From positions 32,001-96,000 of the forward strand of contig CANMWZ010000012.1 of NCBI GenBank assembly GCA_947501605.1: DNA of 64,000 nt, given 5' to 3'. The notes under the pieces were generated by a model. That model was not told where the DNA came from. It saw nothing but the letters and a program-made list of their open reading frames with translations, and did not search any database. Origin of the DNA: Planctomycetota bacterium. GTDB lineage: Bacteria; Planctomycetota; UBA1135; UBA2386. The translations under genes were made by a program, and so were the position numbers. This document shows, one piece after another, positions 8,409 to 19,494 of the stretch (position 1 is its first letter; every line of letters begins with the position of its first letter).

Positions 8409-9173
8409 TCAGCGCTTGGCCTTGAACTCCCGAGGGAAGTAGCTGCTGGGCGCGTGCGACTCGACACCGAACACCGTCGCGATGTTGCTCTCGTCGAGGA
8501 CGCGCTCTGGCTCGCCGCTGGCGTGCACCAAGCCGTCGTGCAGCAGTACCGCGCGATGCGCTACTGGGGCCAACAAGTTCAGGTCGTGTGCCGCCACCAG
8601 AAGACCCCGCCCCTGGTCGGCGAGCAGCCGCAAGAGGTCGCACAGCAGCACCGCGTGTTCTAGATCGAGGTTGGTCGTCGGCTCGTCGAGCAGCAACAGC
8701 GGCGCCTCGGTCGCCAACGCGCGCGCGATGGCGATGCGGCGCAGTTCGCCACCGCTGAGCGTCGTCACCGGACGATCGCAGAAGGACAGGGCGTCGACCA
8801 CCTCGAGCGAGCATGCGATCGCCCCGCGGTCCGCTGCGGACTCAGGTTGCATCGACCCGCGATGCGGATGCCGCGCCATCGCGACCAGTTCGCGACCAGT
8901 GAACTCAAACGGCGTCTCCGTTGCCTGCGGCACGAACGCGATGCGCCGCGCCCGCGCCCGCGGCTCCCAGGTCGCGAGTGCACGACCATCGAGTTGCACC
9001 TCGCCGACATCGGCTCGCTGCGCCCCGAGAAGAACACGCAGCAACGTGCTCTTGCCGGAACCGTTGCGTCCCGCGAGCAGCACGAGCTCGCCAGGCACGA
9101 CCTCGACATCGACGCCGGCGAGCACCACGCGTGCACCGTGGCGCACTTCGATCCGTCGACCGCGCAAGGTCAT
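8409..9173 (-). CDS. ABC transporter ATP-binding subunit (FepC/BtuD-like)
   Basis: GRNGSGKST, LSGGE, LLLDEPT, H-loop AAHDLNL. Confidence 0.92.
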   Translation of the reverse strand: MTLRGRRIEVRHGARVVLAGVDVEVVPGELVLLAGRNGSGKSTLLRVLLGAQRADVGEVQLDGRALATWEPRARARRIAFVPQATETPFEFTGRELVAMARHPHRGSMQPESAADRGAIACSLEVVDALSFCDRPVTTLSGGELRRIAIARALATEAPLLLLDEPTTNLDLEHAVLLCDLLRLLADQGRGLLVAAHDLNLLAPVAHRAVLLHDGLVHASGEPERVLDESNIATVFGVESHAPSSYFPREFKAKR

Positions 9174-10204
9174 CGCAGGGCCTCTCCCCGGCGATGACGT
9201 CGCAGCAAGAACAAGAAGTACGGCGTTCCTAGCATGCTGGTGACGACGCCAAGCCGCAGATTGGCGATGGGCACGTTGCGACACACGATGTCGGCAGCGA
9301 GCAAAACGACGGCGCCGGCAAGGGCCGAGGCCGGCAGCAAGAAGCGATGCGCCGGTCCGACCAGCAAGCGCGACAAGTGCGGCACAACGAGACCGAGAAA
9401 CGCGATGCCGCCAGTGTTGGCTACCGTAGCAGCGGTCAGTCCGCACGCGAACCAAAGCAACCAGCGCCGTGCCTGTGCGACGTCGAGACCCAAACTGAAG
9501 GCGGTGTCGTCCTGCAAGGTCAGCAGATCGAGGTCGCGCGCGCGAAACACCAACGGCAACCCGAACCCGACGAACCCGATCAAGGTGATCAGCGCCTTCG
9601 TCCAACTCTGCGCGTCGAGACCGCCCATCAACCAGAACAGCACACTCGAACTCGCGGTGTAGTTGTCGACGGTAAACGTGACGACAAACGTAGTCAGTGC
9701 ACCGATCAACGTGTTCATCGCAACGCCCGCGAGCAAGAGGCCTGCGACCGAGAACCTTGCGCCAGTCCCCGCGAAGGCGAAGACCAGTGCGGTAACTACC
9801 GTCGAACCGAACATCGCCGCGATGGGTGCCGCGAGCACGCTGGCGACCGCGAATCCAGACGCGATGGCGACCGCTCCACCGAACGCGGCGCCGGCGGCAG
9901 TGCCGACGACATCGGGCGAGGCCAGCGGATTGCGGAACGCGGCCTGCATCACGGTGCCAGCAAGCCCAAGAGATGCGCCACCAAACACCGCCACCAGCAA
10001 TCGCGGCAACCTCAACTGCAGCACGATCTCGCGATCGAGCTCGTCGCCGTTCGCGCCACCGAACAGCGCTGCAACCATCCGCCACACTTCGGCAAAGCCC
10101 GGCCCGACTGGCACCCAGCAGAGGTGTACCACCACCACAAAGACGAGCACGGCTGACAAGGTGAGCAAGAACGCGCGCGGCATGATCCGCCTCGCGCTCG
10201 TCAC
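9170..10204 (-). CDS. FecCD/BtuC-family iron-siderophore or cobalamin ABC permease
   Basis: LRLPRLL, QAAFRNPLASP, GGIAFLGLVVPHLSR. Start is GTG 10204 or ATG 10183. Confidence 0.92.
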   Translation of the reverse strand: MTSARRIMPRAFLLTLSAVLVFVVVVHLCWVPVGPGFAEVWRMVAALFGGANGDELDREIVLQLRLPRLLVAVFGGASLGLAGTVMQAAFRNPLASPDVVGTAAGAAFGGAVAIASGFAVASVLAAPIAAMFGSTVVTALVFAFAGTGARFSVAGLLLAGVAMNTLIGALTTFVVTFTVDNYTASSSVLFWLMGGLDAQSWTKALITLIGFVGFGLPLVFRARDLDLLTLQDDTAFSLGLDVAQARRWLLWFACGLTAATVANTGGIAFLGLVVPHLSRLLVGPAHRFLLPASALAGAVVLLAADIVCRNVPIANLRLGVVTSMLGTPYFLFLLRRHRRGEALR

Positions 10205-11145
10205 GGGTTCCCCCACGCCCGCAATTGCTGCTGGACGATCGCAGCAATCTCGATCGCATGGTGCGACGTGTTGCTGAGCAATGACCCCGGCACGTGAACG
10301 ATGCGGCCCTTCTGCACGCACGGCAGCAGCCGAAGCCCAGGATGCTGCTGTAGCCACTCCGCTCGCGCTTCGGCGCCGTCCTCATAGCTGAGAATCAACG
10401 CGTCAGGTCGCCACGCCAGCACGGTTTCGATGTCGAGCTTGCGATAGCCGCCGACACCGAACAGCGCCGGCAAGTGCGTTGCCCCCGCAATGCGCACCGC
10501 GTCATCGAGCAACGAGCGCGAGCCATAGGTGTCGAGCGCCCCGTTGAGGTTCATCACTCGCCAGGCAGCGAGCCCTTCACCCTGCGAGCGGATATCGCGC
10601 GCCCGGGCCGCGAGCCGCTCGCACATGGCCTCGGCCGCAGCATCGGCACCAACGACCCAGCCAAGAAGACGGATGTCCGTGGCTACGTCGGCAAAGCTCG
10701 CGATCGCACGTGTGCGCACCACAGGGATGCCGAAGCTGTGCAACAGCATGGGCGTCTCGGCGAGTGTGAACTCATCGACGATCACGAGGTCGGGGCGCGC
10801 GGCAATGAGCTGCTCCGGGGATGCCCCTAGCAGAAGCAGGTCCTTGGCGATCCCCGCAACTCTGCTGTAGCGCGGCTCAGCAGCGAGAACGTGGACGCCA
10901 GCGATGCGGTCCTTCGGCAGGAGCTCGAGCAGCACTTCGGCACTGAGCACGGAGGCCGCGACGATCCGGCGCGGGGCGCTGGCGATGGTCGCGGCGTTGA
11001 TTGCGCGCGGGAACGGTGCGTCGATGCGCTCTGTCAGCTCAGCGGGAACCGTGTGCGTCCCGGCCTCTGCCCCCGGCGCGGTCGCCATTGCGATGCCGCA
11101 CCCCAAGACGGCGAGCATCATGACGTGGCCTGGACGAAGGGGCAT
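10201..11145 (-). CDS. ABC transporter substrate-binding protein (BtuF/FepB helical-backbone family)
   Basis: PRRIVAAS...EVLLEL, EQLIAARPDLVI, ETVLAWRPDALI; signal peptide. Confidence 0.85.
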   Translation of the reverse strand: MPLRPGHVMMLAVLGCGIAMATAPGAEAGTHTVPAELTERIDAPFPRAINAATIASAPRRIVAASVLSAEVLLELLPKDRIAGVHVLAAEPRYSRVAGIAKDLLLLGASPEQLIAARPDLVIVDEFTLAETPMLLHSFGIPVVRTRAIASFADVATDIRLLGWVVGADAAAEAMCERLAARARDIRSQGEGLAAWRVMNLNGALDTYGSRSLLDDAVRIAGATHLPALFGVGGYRKLDIETVLAWRPDALILSYEDGAEARAEWLQQHPGLRLLPCVQKGRIVHVPGSLLSNTSHHAIEIAAIVQQQLRAWGNP

Positions 11146-11530
11146 TCGCGCATCATGGCTGCGGGCACGTTGCGAGGAAATCGGCGAGAGCAGGCTTCGA
11201 GGTCGGAAACGGAGACGGGGACGGCTATTCGCCACAGCAGATCCTCGAGGTCCCGCCACCGGCAACGGTGGAAGACGAGCGCATCACGATCGGCAGGCTC
11301 GCGCAATGAGGGGCCGTCGGTGGCAAGCCGTCGATTCGGATCCATGCGCTACTCGTGGGTCGGTGCCGATGGCTGGATCCAGGTCCTGGACCTACCCTCC
11401 TGCCGGCTTTGGGCCCGGTCGACCTACACGGCAACTGGTCGCGCTGCGAATGCACCTCGCCTACTTCGCCGTCAACTGTGGGTTGCGCCATGGCGCTGCG
11501 TATCGCAGGCCACCTCTCGTTGCCTTACTC

Positions 11531-12712
11531 ATGCCGATACTCCCACGCACCCTCGCCTCCTTCCTCTGTAGCGCCGCCGCGATCTCCCAGGGGAATGCCG
11601 GCTATGCCGACCTGAGCTTCCAGAACCCCACGGCTCAAGGCACGGCCACCTTGACTGCTACCGTCTACTACCCGGCCATGGCGCCGGGCCGCGATGCTCC
11701 TCTGCTACCGCGGGCTGGTGGTCATCCCGTCGTGGTCTTCTTGCACGGACTCAACGTTCTCGGCCGTGGCTACGGTGCCCTTGGTCAGCGGTTTGCCGAG
11801 CAGGGCTACGTGGTGGTACTCGGCAACACCGCTCTGAGCTCAGCGACCACCCAGATCAACGACGGCATCGCCATGTTTCCGGCACTGGTGCAGGCCAACG
11901 GTCAGGCAGGCCATCTGCTGCAAGGGGCCTTGGACATGGGCCGAGCGGCTGTCTCCGGCCACTCGATGGGCGGCTCGTCGACGTGCGGCGTCCTGGCGGC
12001 CAATCCGGGCTATCGCGCGGGCTTCTGTTTCTCGCCTGGAGTGGCGCCTGCTGCCGCCCAAGTACACGTACCCATGGGAATCTGCCACGGCACCGGCGAC
12101 ACGTTTCTCGACTGGCAGACCTTTGGCGTCGCGCTCTACCAAGGGCTGGTCAATGTGCCGGTACTGAAGTTCTTCTACGTGCTCGGCCAAGACTGCACGC
12201 ACGGCAACGTCGCCGGCTACACCCAGAACAACCAGATCGACCTCGACGTGTTCGCCGCGTCGAGCCAAGTAGCACTCGGGTTCTTCGACCGCTTCCTTCT
12301 CGACGACGCGGCGGGCCTCGAATCTGTGATCGGTCCGACAGCACGCGCAGAAGCGCGGCTGTTCCAGTTGGACACCGCAATCTACTCGCCGCAACTCTGG
12401 GTCGTCGGCAATCCGCGACCGGGGCAAACCGTGACCTTCACCACCGCCGCCGCCCCTGGCCCCGCCGCCTTGTTTTGCGCGCTGGCTGAAGGCAACTGGC
12501 CCACGCCCTTTGGCACGGCGTTGCTCGACCTCACATCGCTGATCGAGGTTTCGACCGGCGTGGCCGGCATCGACCATCTCTGGCTGTCGCCGCTGACGAT
12601 CCCCAACGACGCTGCGCTGGTCGGCCTGCAGCTTCCCTTCCAGGGCTTGGCTACCTCGGAGCTTGGCGCGTTTCAGGTGACCGGTATGGTGCGAGTGCAG
12701 GTCCTGCCCTGA
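11531..12712 (+). CDS. Secreted alpha/beta hydrolase (chlorophyllase/cutinase-like) with C-terminal beta domain
   Basis: PVVVFLHG, nucleophile GHSMGG, HGTGD (Asp), CTHG (His); signal peptide. Confidence 0.85.
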   Translation: MPILPRTLASFLCSAAAISQGNAGYADLSFQNPTAQGTATLTATVYYPAMAPGRDAPLLPRAGGHPVVVFLHGLNVLGRGYGALGQRFAEQGYVVVLGNTALSSATTQINDGIAMFPALVQANGQAGHLLQGALDMGRAAVSGHSMGGSSTCGVLAANPGYRAGFCFSPGVAPAAAQVHVPMGICHGTGDTFLDWQTFGVALYQGLVNVPVLKFFYVLGQDCTHGNVAGYTQNNQIDLDVFAASSQVALGFFDRFLLDDAAGLESVIGPTARAEARLFQLDTAIYSPQLWVVGNPRPGQTVTFTTAAAPGPAALFCALAEGNWPTPFGTALLDLTSLIEVSTGVAGIDHLWLSPLTIPNDAALVGLQLPFQGLATSELGAFQVTGMVRVQVLP

Positions 12713-12915
12713 CGAAGACCATGCGGTGGATCGGGCCTTGGGCGCCGCCGCAGTCACCAAGCACCGCAAAAACCGCGACCGCGCGCTGCTAGGTCATCGT
12801 TCGCGACTTCACCATAATTGGGTAGCACCTCCGCTGTGGCAGCGGACCCGCGGTCCATGCTTGCCCGCACGACCGACTCTGCGGCCTCGGCCCCTACTCC
12901 AAGGCTCCACTCACC

Positions 12916-13980
12916 ATGCGCTTCCGCTTTGCCGTGCCCCTGCTCATTCTGTTCGTCGCCGTTGCTTGGCTGAACTGGCCCAGCACTTCGGCACCAACGC
13001 ATGGCCCTCTGATCACCGTCGAGCGCGGCTCCATCATCCGCCGTGCCATCGCTTCGGGGCAGGTCGATCCGGTCCAGGAAACCCAGGTCAACACCCAACT
13101 GACCGGGTTCGTACGCACGTTGCACACGCAGCTCGGCAAGAAGGTGTCGGCCGGTGAGCCTCTGGCCGAGGTGTGGCCGGCCTTGACCGAACAGGACCTA
13201 CTGCGCGCCGAACGCGGCCTGCAGCAAGCGATCGAAGGGGAAGAGGCGGCGGCCGAGTTCCACGAGGGCCAACACCTGCTCGCGAGCATGACGCGGTTTC
13301 TGCAGGGCCAGAAGAACCTCGATCGCATGCAACAATCGGCGCAGCGCGGGCGGCGAATGGCCGAAGAGTCGCTGAAGTTGCTCCGCGAGGGCAAGGTCGA
13401 GATCGACGGTCGACTCGTCGACTTCGTGGTCCGCGCGCCGGTCGCCGGCCACGTGCTCCAGCTAGTACGGCAGGGCGATCCAATCACGCCGGCGAGCAGC
13501 TATGGCCTGGGCACTGTACTCGCGGTGATCGGAGACCTCGATCGTCCCGTGTTCCGCGGCACGGTCGACGAAATCGACGTTGGCCGGCTACGAACGGGAA
13601 TGCCCGCAAGCGTGACGCTCGGTGCGTTGCCGGGCGTCGTGCTGACCGGAGCCGTCGTCGAAATCGGTCTCCGAGCACGACGTCAAGACAACGCGGCGTT
13701 GTTCGATGTGCGCATCCAACTCGAGCCCCGAGCCGACGTGATGCTCCGCGCCGGCTACAGTGCCGTTGCCGAAGTCGAGGTCGCCCGCGTCGATGAGGTG
13801 TTGGTGCTCCCCGAACGCTGCTTGGTGCATCGAGGCGGCGAGTCGTTCGTCACACTGCTGCAGGCCGATGGCAAGACTGAGGAGCGCGCCGTCAAACTCG
13901 GACTCGGCGACGGCCTGCGGATCGAGATCGTTGACGGCTTGCCGGCCGACGCTCGCGTACTCGAGCCCCTCGTGCGCTGA
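12916..13980 (+). CDS. Efflux periplasmic adaptor (MacA/HlyD-like)
   Basis: N-terminal anchor, lipoyl halves (GKKVSAGEPLAEV; VRAPVAGHV), VDEIDVGRLRTG. Confidence 0.88.
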   Translation: MRFRFAVPLLILFVAVAWLNWPSTSAPTHGPLITVERGSIIRRAIASGQVDPVQETQVNTQLTGFVRTLHTQLGKKVSAGEPLAEVWPALTEQDLLRAERGLQQAIEGEEAAAEFHEGQHLLASMTRFLQGQKNLDRMQQSAQRGRRMAEESLKLLREGKVEIDGRLVDFVVRAPVAGHVLQLVRQGDPITPASSYGLGTVLAVIGDLDRPVFRGTVDEIDVGRLRTGMPASVTLGALPGVVLTGAVVEIGLRARRQDNAALFDVRIQLEPRADVMLRAGYSAVAEVEVARVDEVLVLPERCLVHRGGESFVTLLQADGKTEERAVKLGLGDGLRIEIVDGLPADARVLEPLVR

Positions 13981-13982
13981 GC

Positions 13983-15221
13983 ATGCGTGCGCTCGCCGAC
14001 ACCCTGCACGAACTGTTGCGCGATCTCGGCGCACAAAAGTTGCGCACCGCACTGTCTCTCCTGGGCATCGCCTGGGGCACGCTGGCGACGGTGCTCTTGC
14101 TGGCGTTCTCGTTCGGGTTCGAGGAGCTGTTCGTCGAACGCGCACGCGGCCTCGGTGACGGCCTGACGATCGCTTGGCCGAACCGAACGACGCTGGCCGC
14201 GCGCGGACTGCCGGCTGGACGACTGCTGACCATCCGTCGCGACGACGTGACGGCGGTGGCTGACGAGGTGTCGTCGTTGCAGAGCATGAGCGCCGAGTAC
14301 GCGCTCACCGAGCGCGTGCGCATCGGTGGAACGGTGCATCGCGTGCCGCTCTCTGGTGTAGACCCTCAGTTCGCTGGGCTCCGTTCGCTGAGGCCTGCCG
14401 GCGGAGGTCGATTCCCGAACACGCGCGACTCCGAACTGCGCGCCCGCGTCGTGTTCCTCGGCGATTCGCTGGCCAACACGTTGTTCCCTCGACAAGACCC
14501 GATCGGGCGCACCGTGACGCTGCACGGTTTGTCGTTCACCGTAGTCGGCGTGTTGCAATCGAAGCTGCAGGACAGCGACTACGGTGGTCAGGACAAAGAC
14601 CGAGCGTGGATTCCGGCGACCACGTTCTTGGCGGTGTTCGGCCAACGCGGCATCAGCAACTTTGTCTTCCGCGCGATCGACGCCACGAAGCAAGAAGAGT
14701 GCACGCGGAGCGTGATCGCCGCGTTCGCACGACGACTGCAGTTCGACCCGAGTGATCGCGAAGCCCTGTCCATCTGGGACACGACCGAACAGCGACGGAT
14801 GCTGTCGTTCATCTTCCTCGGGTTTCACACGATGCTTGGAATCGGTGGAGTGTTCACGCTGGTGGTCGGCGGTCTCGGCATCGCGCATCTGATGCAGCTG
14901 ATGGTGCGGCGGCGCACCGTCGAGATCGGCCTCAAGCTCGCGGTCGGTGCCGAACCAGCCCGCGTTCGCAATGAATGGCTCTTGCAGGCGCTCGCCTTGG
15001 TGCTCGCCGGAGCCGGCGGCGGACTGTTGTTCGCCATCGCTGCCATCGCCGCAGTACGCAGCTCTCCATTCACCGCGCAAGTCGGCATGCCCTTCGTACC
15101 ATTGCCGCTCGCCATCGCCACCGCTGCACTGTTGGCCGGTATCGCGTTCGTCGCCGGTTACTTGCCGGCCCGAACCGCATCGCGCCTCGATCCCGTCAGC
15201 GCACTGCGAGGTGGCGGATGA
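13983..15221 (+). CDS. MacB/FtsX-type ABC permease
   Basis: KLRTALSLLGIAWG, RTVEIGLKLAVGA, PARTASRLDPVSALR. Confidence 0.9.
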   Translation: MRALADTLHELLRDLGAQKLRTALSLLGIAWGTLATVLLLAFSFGFEELFVERARGLGDGLTIAWPNRTTLAARGLPAGRLLTIRRDDVTAVADEVSSLQSMSAEYALTERVRIGGTVHRVPLSGVDPQFAGLRSLRPAGGGRFPNTRDSELRARVVFLGDSLANTLFPRQDPIGRTVTLHGLSFTVVGVLQSKLQDSDYGGQDKDRAWIPATTFLAVFGQRGISNFVFRAIDATKQEECTRSVIAAFARRLQFDPSDREALSIWDTTEQRRMLSFIFLGFHTMLGIGGVFTLVVGGLGIAHLMQLMVRRRTVEIGLKLAVGAEPARVRNEWLLQALALVLAGAGGGLLFAIAAIAAVRSSPFTAQVGMPFVPLPLAIATAALLAGIAFVAGYLPARTASRLDPVSALRGGG

Positions 15222-16448
15222 ACGAGTTCTTGGACCTGCTCGGCGAGACCTGGAGCAACCGCCGACGGCTCATGCCCGCCGTGATCGGTCTCTGCTTTGG
15301 CACGCTCGGACTATCGATCCTGCTCGCGTTCGGCGACGGCTTTGACACCGCGATGAACAGCGCTCTAGGGCGCTCAGGTGAAACGATGATCCGCTGGTTC
15401 GGCGGCACCACTTCGCGGCCGTTCCGAGGCCAGCCCGCAGGACGCCTCGCGGCCTTCAGTCCGAGCGATGTCGAGTTGTTGCGCAGCGCACCCGGCGTCC
15501 TTGCCGCCAGTCTCGAGACTGGCCTCAATGCCCGCGTGGTCGCCGATGATGGGACGCGCAGCGCCAATCCGTACATCGCCGCGGTCGGTCACGAATGGCT
15601 GCTGGTGCGTCGCCGCGCGGTGGAGCCGGGCGGCCGCTTCTTGTCACCTCTGGACGAAGGCGATCGGCGGCGTGTTGCGGTAATCGGCGCCGAGCTCGCG
15701 CAGCAGTTGTTTCGCACTGAAGCCGTCGTTGGCCGAACGGTGCGCGTGTTCGAGCAGCCTTTCACCATCGTCGGCGTACTCGGTCAACAGACGCAGTTGA
15801 TGCAGAGCAACGGCGACGATGCCGGCAAGCTGTTCGTGCCGTTCCGCACCGTGGCGCCGCTGCGCGGTCTGCGCGCGCCCCAAGTGGTCATGACGCGGAT
15901 CGACAACGCCCTGCTTGCGCGCGAGCGCGAGGCCCAGCAGCGCGTGTTGCTGGCCAACCGCCTGCAATGCGACCCCGCCGACGTCGCCGCCTTGCGCGTG
16001 TCCAATCACGCGATCACGGCGCGCGAGATTCGCGGCATCCTCACCGGCACGCGCGTGTTCCTCTTCGTCATCGGCGTGCTCGGTCTGCTGGTCGCCGCCA
16101 TCGGCGTCGCCAACATGACCATCGTGCTGGTGGAAGAGCGCATCCCCGAGATCGGCTTGCGCATGGCGTTTGGCGCCACACCACGGCAGATCCGGCGGCG
16201 CCAACTCGCCGAGACGCTGGCAATGGTCGGCATCGGCGGCGGCGGCGGCCTGCTGCTCGCCGCCGCGTTGTTCTGGGGCGTGAATCAACTGCCATTCGAC
16301 CCGATCGCGAAGGGCTACCTCGGCGAGCCGGTGTTGTCCGTGACGACGTCGCTGACCATCGCCGGACTGCTCGGCCTCTGTGGCGGCATTGCCGGTTGGC
16401 AGCCGGCCGTGCGCGCCGCCAATGTGCAACCCGTAGAGGCCCTGCGTC

Positions 16449-16456
<8 letters not shown>
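15218..16456 (+). CDS. MacB/FtsX-type ABC permease (second paralogue)
   Basis: GVANMTIVLVEERIPEIGLRMAFGA, PAVRAANVQPVEALR; ATGA overlap. Confidence 0.9.
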
Positions 16457-17147
<691 letters not shown>

Positions 17148-17319
17148 TGCGAGGCCTCACCGAAGTGAGTAGGGCTGCAGCCGCCGAGAATGACCGCGGC
17201 CAACGAACGCCGACTCGCACGGCTGTCTCTGCAGTAAAGACGCCGATTGTCGCGGTACCCACCCACCAGGGGCAGCAGCAGGCTCACGGCGCTCGTTCAC
17301 GACTCCTTCGCCTCGTCGA

Positions 17320-18390
17320 TCACCGCCGTCCACGACGGACCCGCGGAACCAACGATTGATCGATCGGCGTGCGCGACACCAGCACGCTGGTGACGCCGGC
17401 GGCGCGCGCGTGTGCGCATTGTGCGCCGACGTCCGCATCCACACTCCAGCCTTCGACCACTGCCAATAGCGACTCGCCAAGCAACTCGCGCGCATGCTGC
17501 TTCTTCTCGCGCGCGCGCAGGTGCTCGATCGCAAACTCGACCCAACCGGCGGTGCCACCAAAGCGCGGCAAGTCGCGACCGAACGCGCGATAGGCCAGCA
17601 GGAGCGCCACCTGCGGCGCGGCGGCACGGAGCGGGGCCCACTGCGCGTCGAACTCGCGCCAGCACGCACCGCCGTAGCAGCCGACGCCGTGGCAGGCGCC
17701 GTCCTTGACCGTGTCCGCCTCCTCGCACTCGGTGACCCATACCGGGATCACCAAGCTCTGCGGCACCATGGCCGCCACTTCGCACACAAAGCGCGCCGCC
17801 GCGTCGTTGCCGAGCGGAGTTGCACTGCGAAGGGGTACGCGACCGCCGAGCGTGTAGTCCGTAGCCCAGCGGCACAGCACGTTGCCGCAGCCGCACGCGG
17901 AGGGCGGGCCCTGCAAGTCGTTGAGAAACACGAAGTCTGCGGGCGGTAGCGCAGCGAGGCGCGCGGCGAGTCGATCTCGCTGCACGGCGAAGACCTCGGC
18001 ATAGGCAATCGGCACCCACGGCCAGGCCTGCACGACCTCGCCCACAGCCAACGCATGCGCCCCGTGCTGTTGTTGCCACTCCTCGTGGCCTTGCAAACTC
18101 GCGACCCACTCGGGGTGCGCATTGGCCAACGCTTCGTCGCGGCCAATCTCAAACCAATAGCCAAGCTGCAGGCCCTGGCTTCGCACCTGCTGCGCCGCCG
18201 CCAAGACTGCTTCGTCGGTGCTCTGTGCACCGACTACCAGCACCACCGTGTCGAGCGGAGCAGCAACGTCGACGAGCGCGCGCGACCAGACAGCGCCCGG
18301 CTCGATCAGCTCGCCGTACTTGAGCGCGCGCGGTTGCGGCGACACCAAGCACGCCGCGAGCAGCGTGGGGGCGAGCAGCAAGGTCCGCAC
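17320..18390 (-). CDS. Hypothetical Cys-rich lipoprotein
   Basis: Lipobox LAAC; Cys clusters SACGCGNVLC and ACHGVGCYGGAC. Confidence 0.7.
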   Translation of the reverse strand: MRTLLLAPTLLAACLVSPQPRALKYGELIEPGAVWSRALVDVAAPLDTVVLVVGAQSTDEAVLAAAQQVRSQGLQLGYWFEIGRDEALANAHPEWVASLQGHEEWQQQHGAHALAVGEVVQAWPWVPIAYAEVFAVQRDRLAARLAALPPADFVFLNDLQGPPSACGCGNVLCRWATDYTLGGRVPLRSATPLGNDAAARFVCEVAAMVPQSLVIPVWVTECEEADTVKDGACHGVGCYGGACWREFDAQWAPLRAAAPQVALLLAYRAFGRDLPRFGGTAGWVEFAIEHLRAREKKQHARELLGESLLAVVEGWSVDADVGAQCAHARAAGVTSVLVSRTPIDQSLVPRVRRGRR

Positions 18391-18392
18391 GA

Positions 18393-19373
18393 CTACTTCT
18401 TCGCCTCGTCCGTCGACGGCGGCTCAACGTGCACCGCGGTATCCGGATGCTCGGCGACCCAGGCAAACCACTTGCACTGCACGCTGTCGACCCAGGTCAA
18501 CTCCTCGCCGCGCAGCAATCCGTCGATGCCGCGCCCGGCGATCGACCAACGCGTGCTCGTGTTCTTGTCCTTGAAGGGCGCCGTCACAGGGGCGATGCCG
18601 TCGACGCCGAACTCCAGCTTGGCATCGCCCTTGACGGCGCGAAACGCCGTCGCTGCGCGGGCCGCGTCCTGCACGAACACCGCCACGCTGATGCCGCCGA
18701 CCTTGTCCTGCAACACTGCGCACGGCGGCAGCTCGCTCAAGGGGAACGCCATGCACTTGCCATTGACCAACACACCGAGCACCGGAGCCTCGGCCGGCAG
18801 GCGCGTGTCGATGGCTCCGCGCGTCGCCACGCTCGCGAGCTCCGGCTCTGTCGGCAACTCGACGACGGGGTAGCGCTTGCCGTCGAACAGGTCGTAGGCG
18901 GTGGATTCGGGGTGCAGCGAGAGCCAGTGGCCCCACGTAGTGGTCAGGCTTGGAATGCGCGGCAACTGCTCCCCGTTGCGCGGACCTGCGATACCGCGGC
19001 CCGTGAGCGCGGAGAACAGCGTTCCGTCCTCGTGCTTCACGACCATCACGCCGCGCCGCCATCCGTGGAATGAGTAGCCGTAGGCCTTCTCGTAGGCGGC
19101 GACGTAGCCGCCGTCCGGGTCGTAGAAGAACAGGCCGTAGGTATCGTTGACCACGCGTGGTCCGGCCAAGAAATGGCGCAGTGGCGCGGCCCCACCGTTG
19201 TGGCGAGCGCGGATCCAGGCGATCACTGGGTCGCCCGTCGACACGAAGCCCTTCTGGTGCTGCGTGATGACATACGAGCACGGCGGCTCGTTCAGGGCCG
19301 CGCAGGGTGGGCAAGCGGTGATCGCTTCTGGATCTTGCTGCAACAGCAGCGTGAGCATCAGGGTCGTTAGCAT
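18393..19373 (-). CDS. DUF3179-family secreted protein
   Basis: RVVNDT, DGTLFSALTGRGIAGPRNGEQL, TTWGHWLSLHPES, DKNTSTRWSIAGRGIDG, WFAWVAEHPDT. Confidence 0.75.
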   Translation of the reverse strand: MLTTLMLTLLLQQDPEAITACPPCAALNEPPCSYVITQHQKGFVSTGDPVIAWIRARHNGGAAPLRHFLAGPRVVNDTYGLFFYDPDGGYVAAYEKAYGYSFHGWRRGVMVVKHEDGTLFSALTGRGIAGPRNGEQLPRIPSLTTTWGHWLSLHPESTAYDLFDGKRYPVVELPTEPELASVATRGAIDTRLPAEAPVLGVLVNGKCMAFPLSELPPCAVLQDKVGGISVAVFVQDAARAATAFRAVKGDAKLEFGVDGIAPVTAPFKDKNTSTRWSIAGRGIDGLLRGEELTWVDSVQCKWFAWVAEHPDTAVHVEPPSTDEAKK

Positions 19374-19494
19374 GGTGCCTAGCAGATCCGACAAGCGTAG
19401 CGACGACCCAGCTCGGCGCAGCGTCGGCACCCGGCAGCGATCCGCGCTCGAGCACGGGCCGCCGCCGTGTCGAAGGGCTCTTGCAGCGCACCGA

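Noticed and set aside
8409..10385. 658-aa ORF suggesting a long N-terminal extension on the ABC ATPase
   Set aside because: The extension overlaps the permease in another frame; the real start is ATG 9173.
11146..11530. Possible cobalamin riboswitch upstream of the BtuFCD-like importer
   Set aside because: I could not find the conserved B12-box or core motifs on the minus strand by eye; a covariance-model search would be needed.
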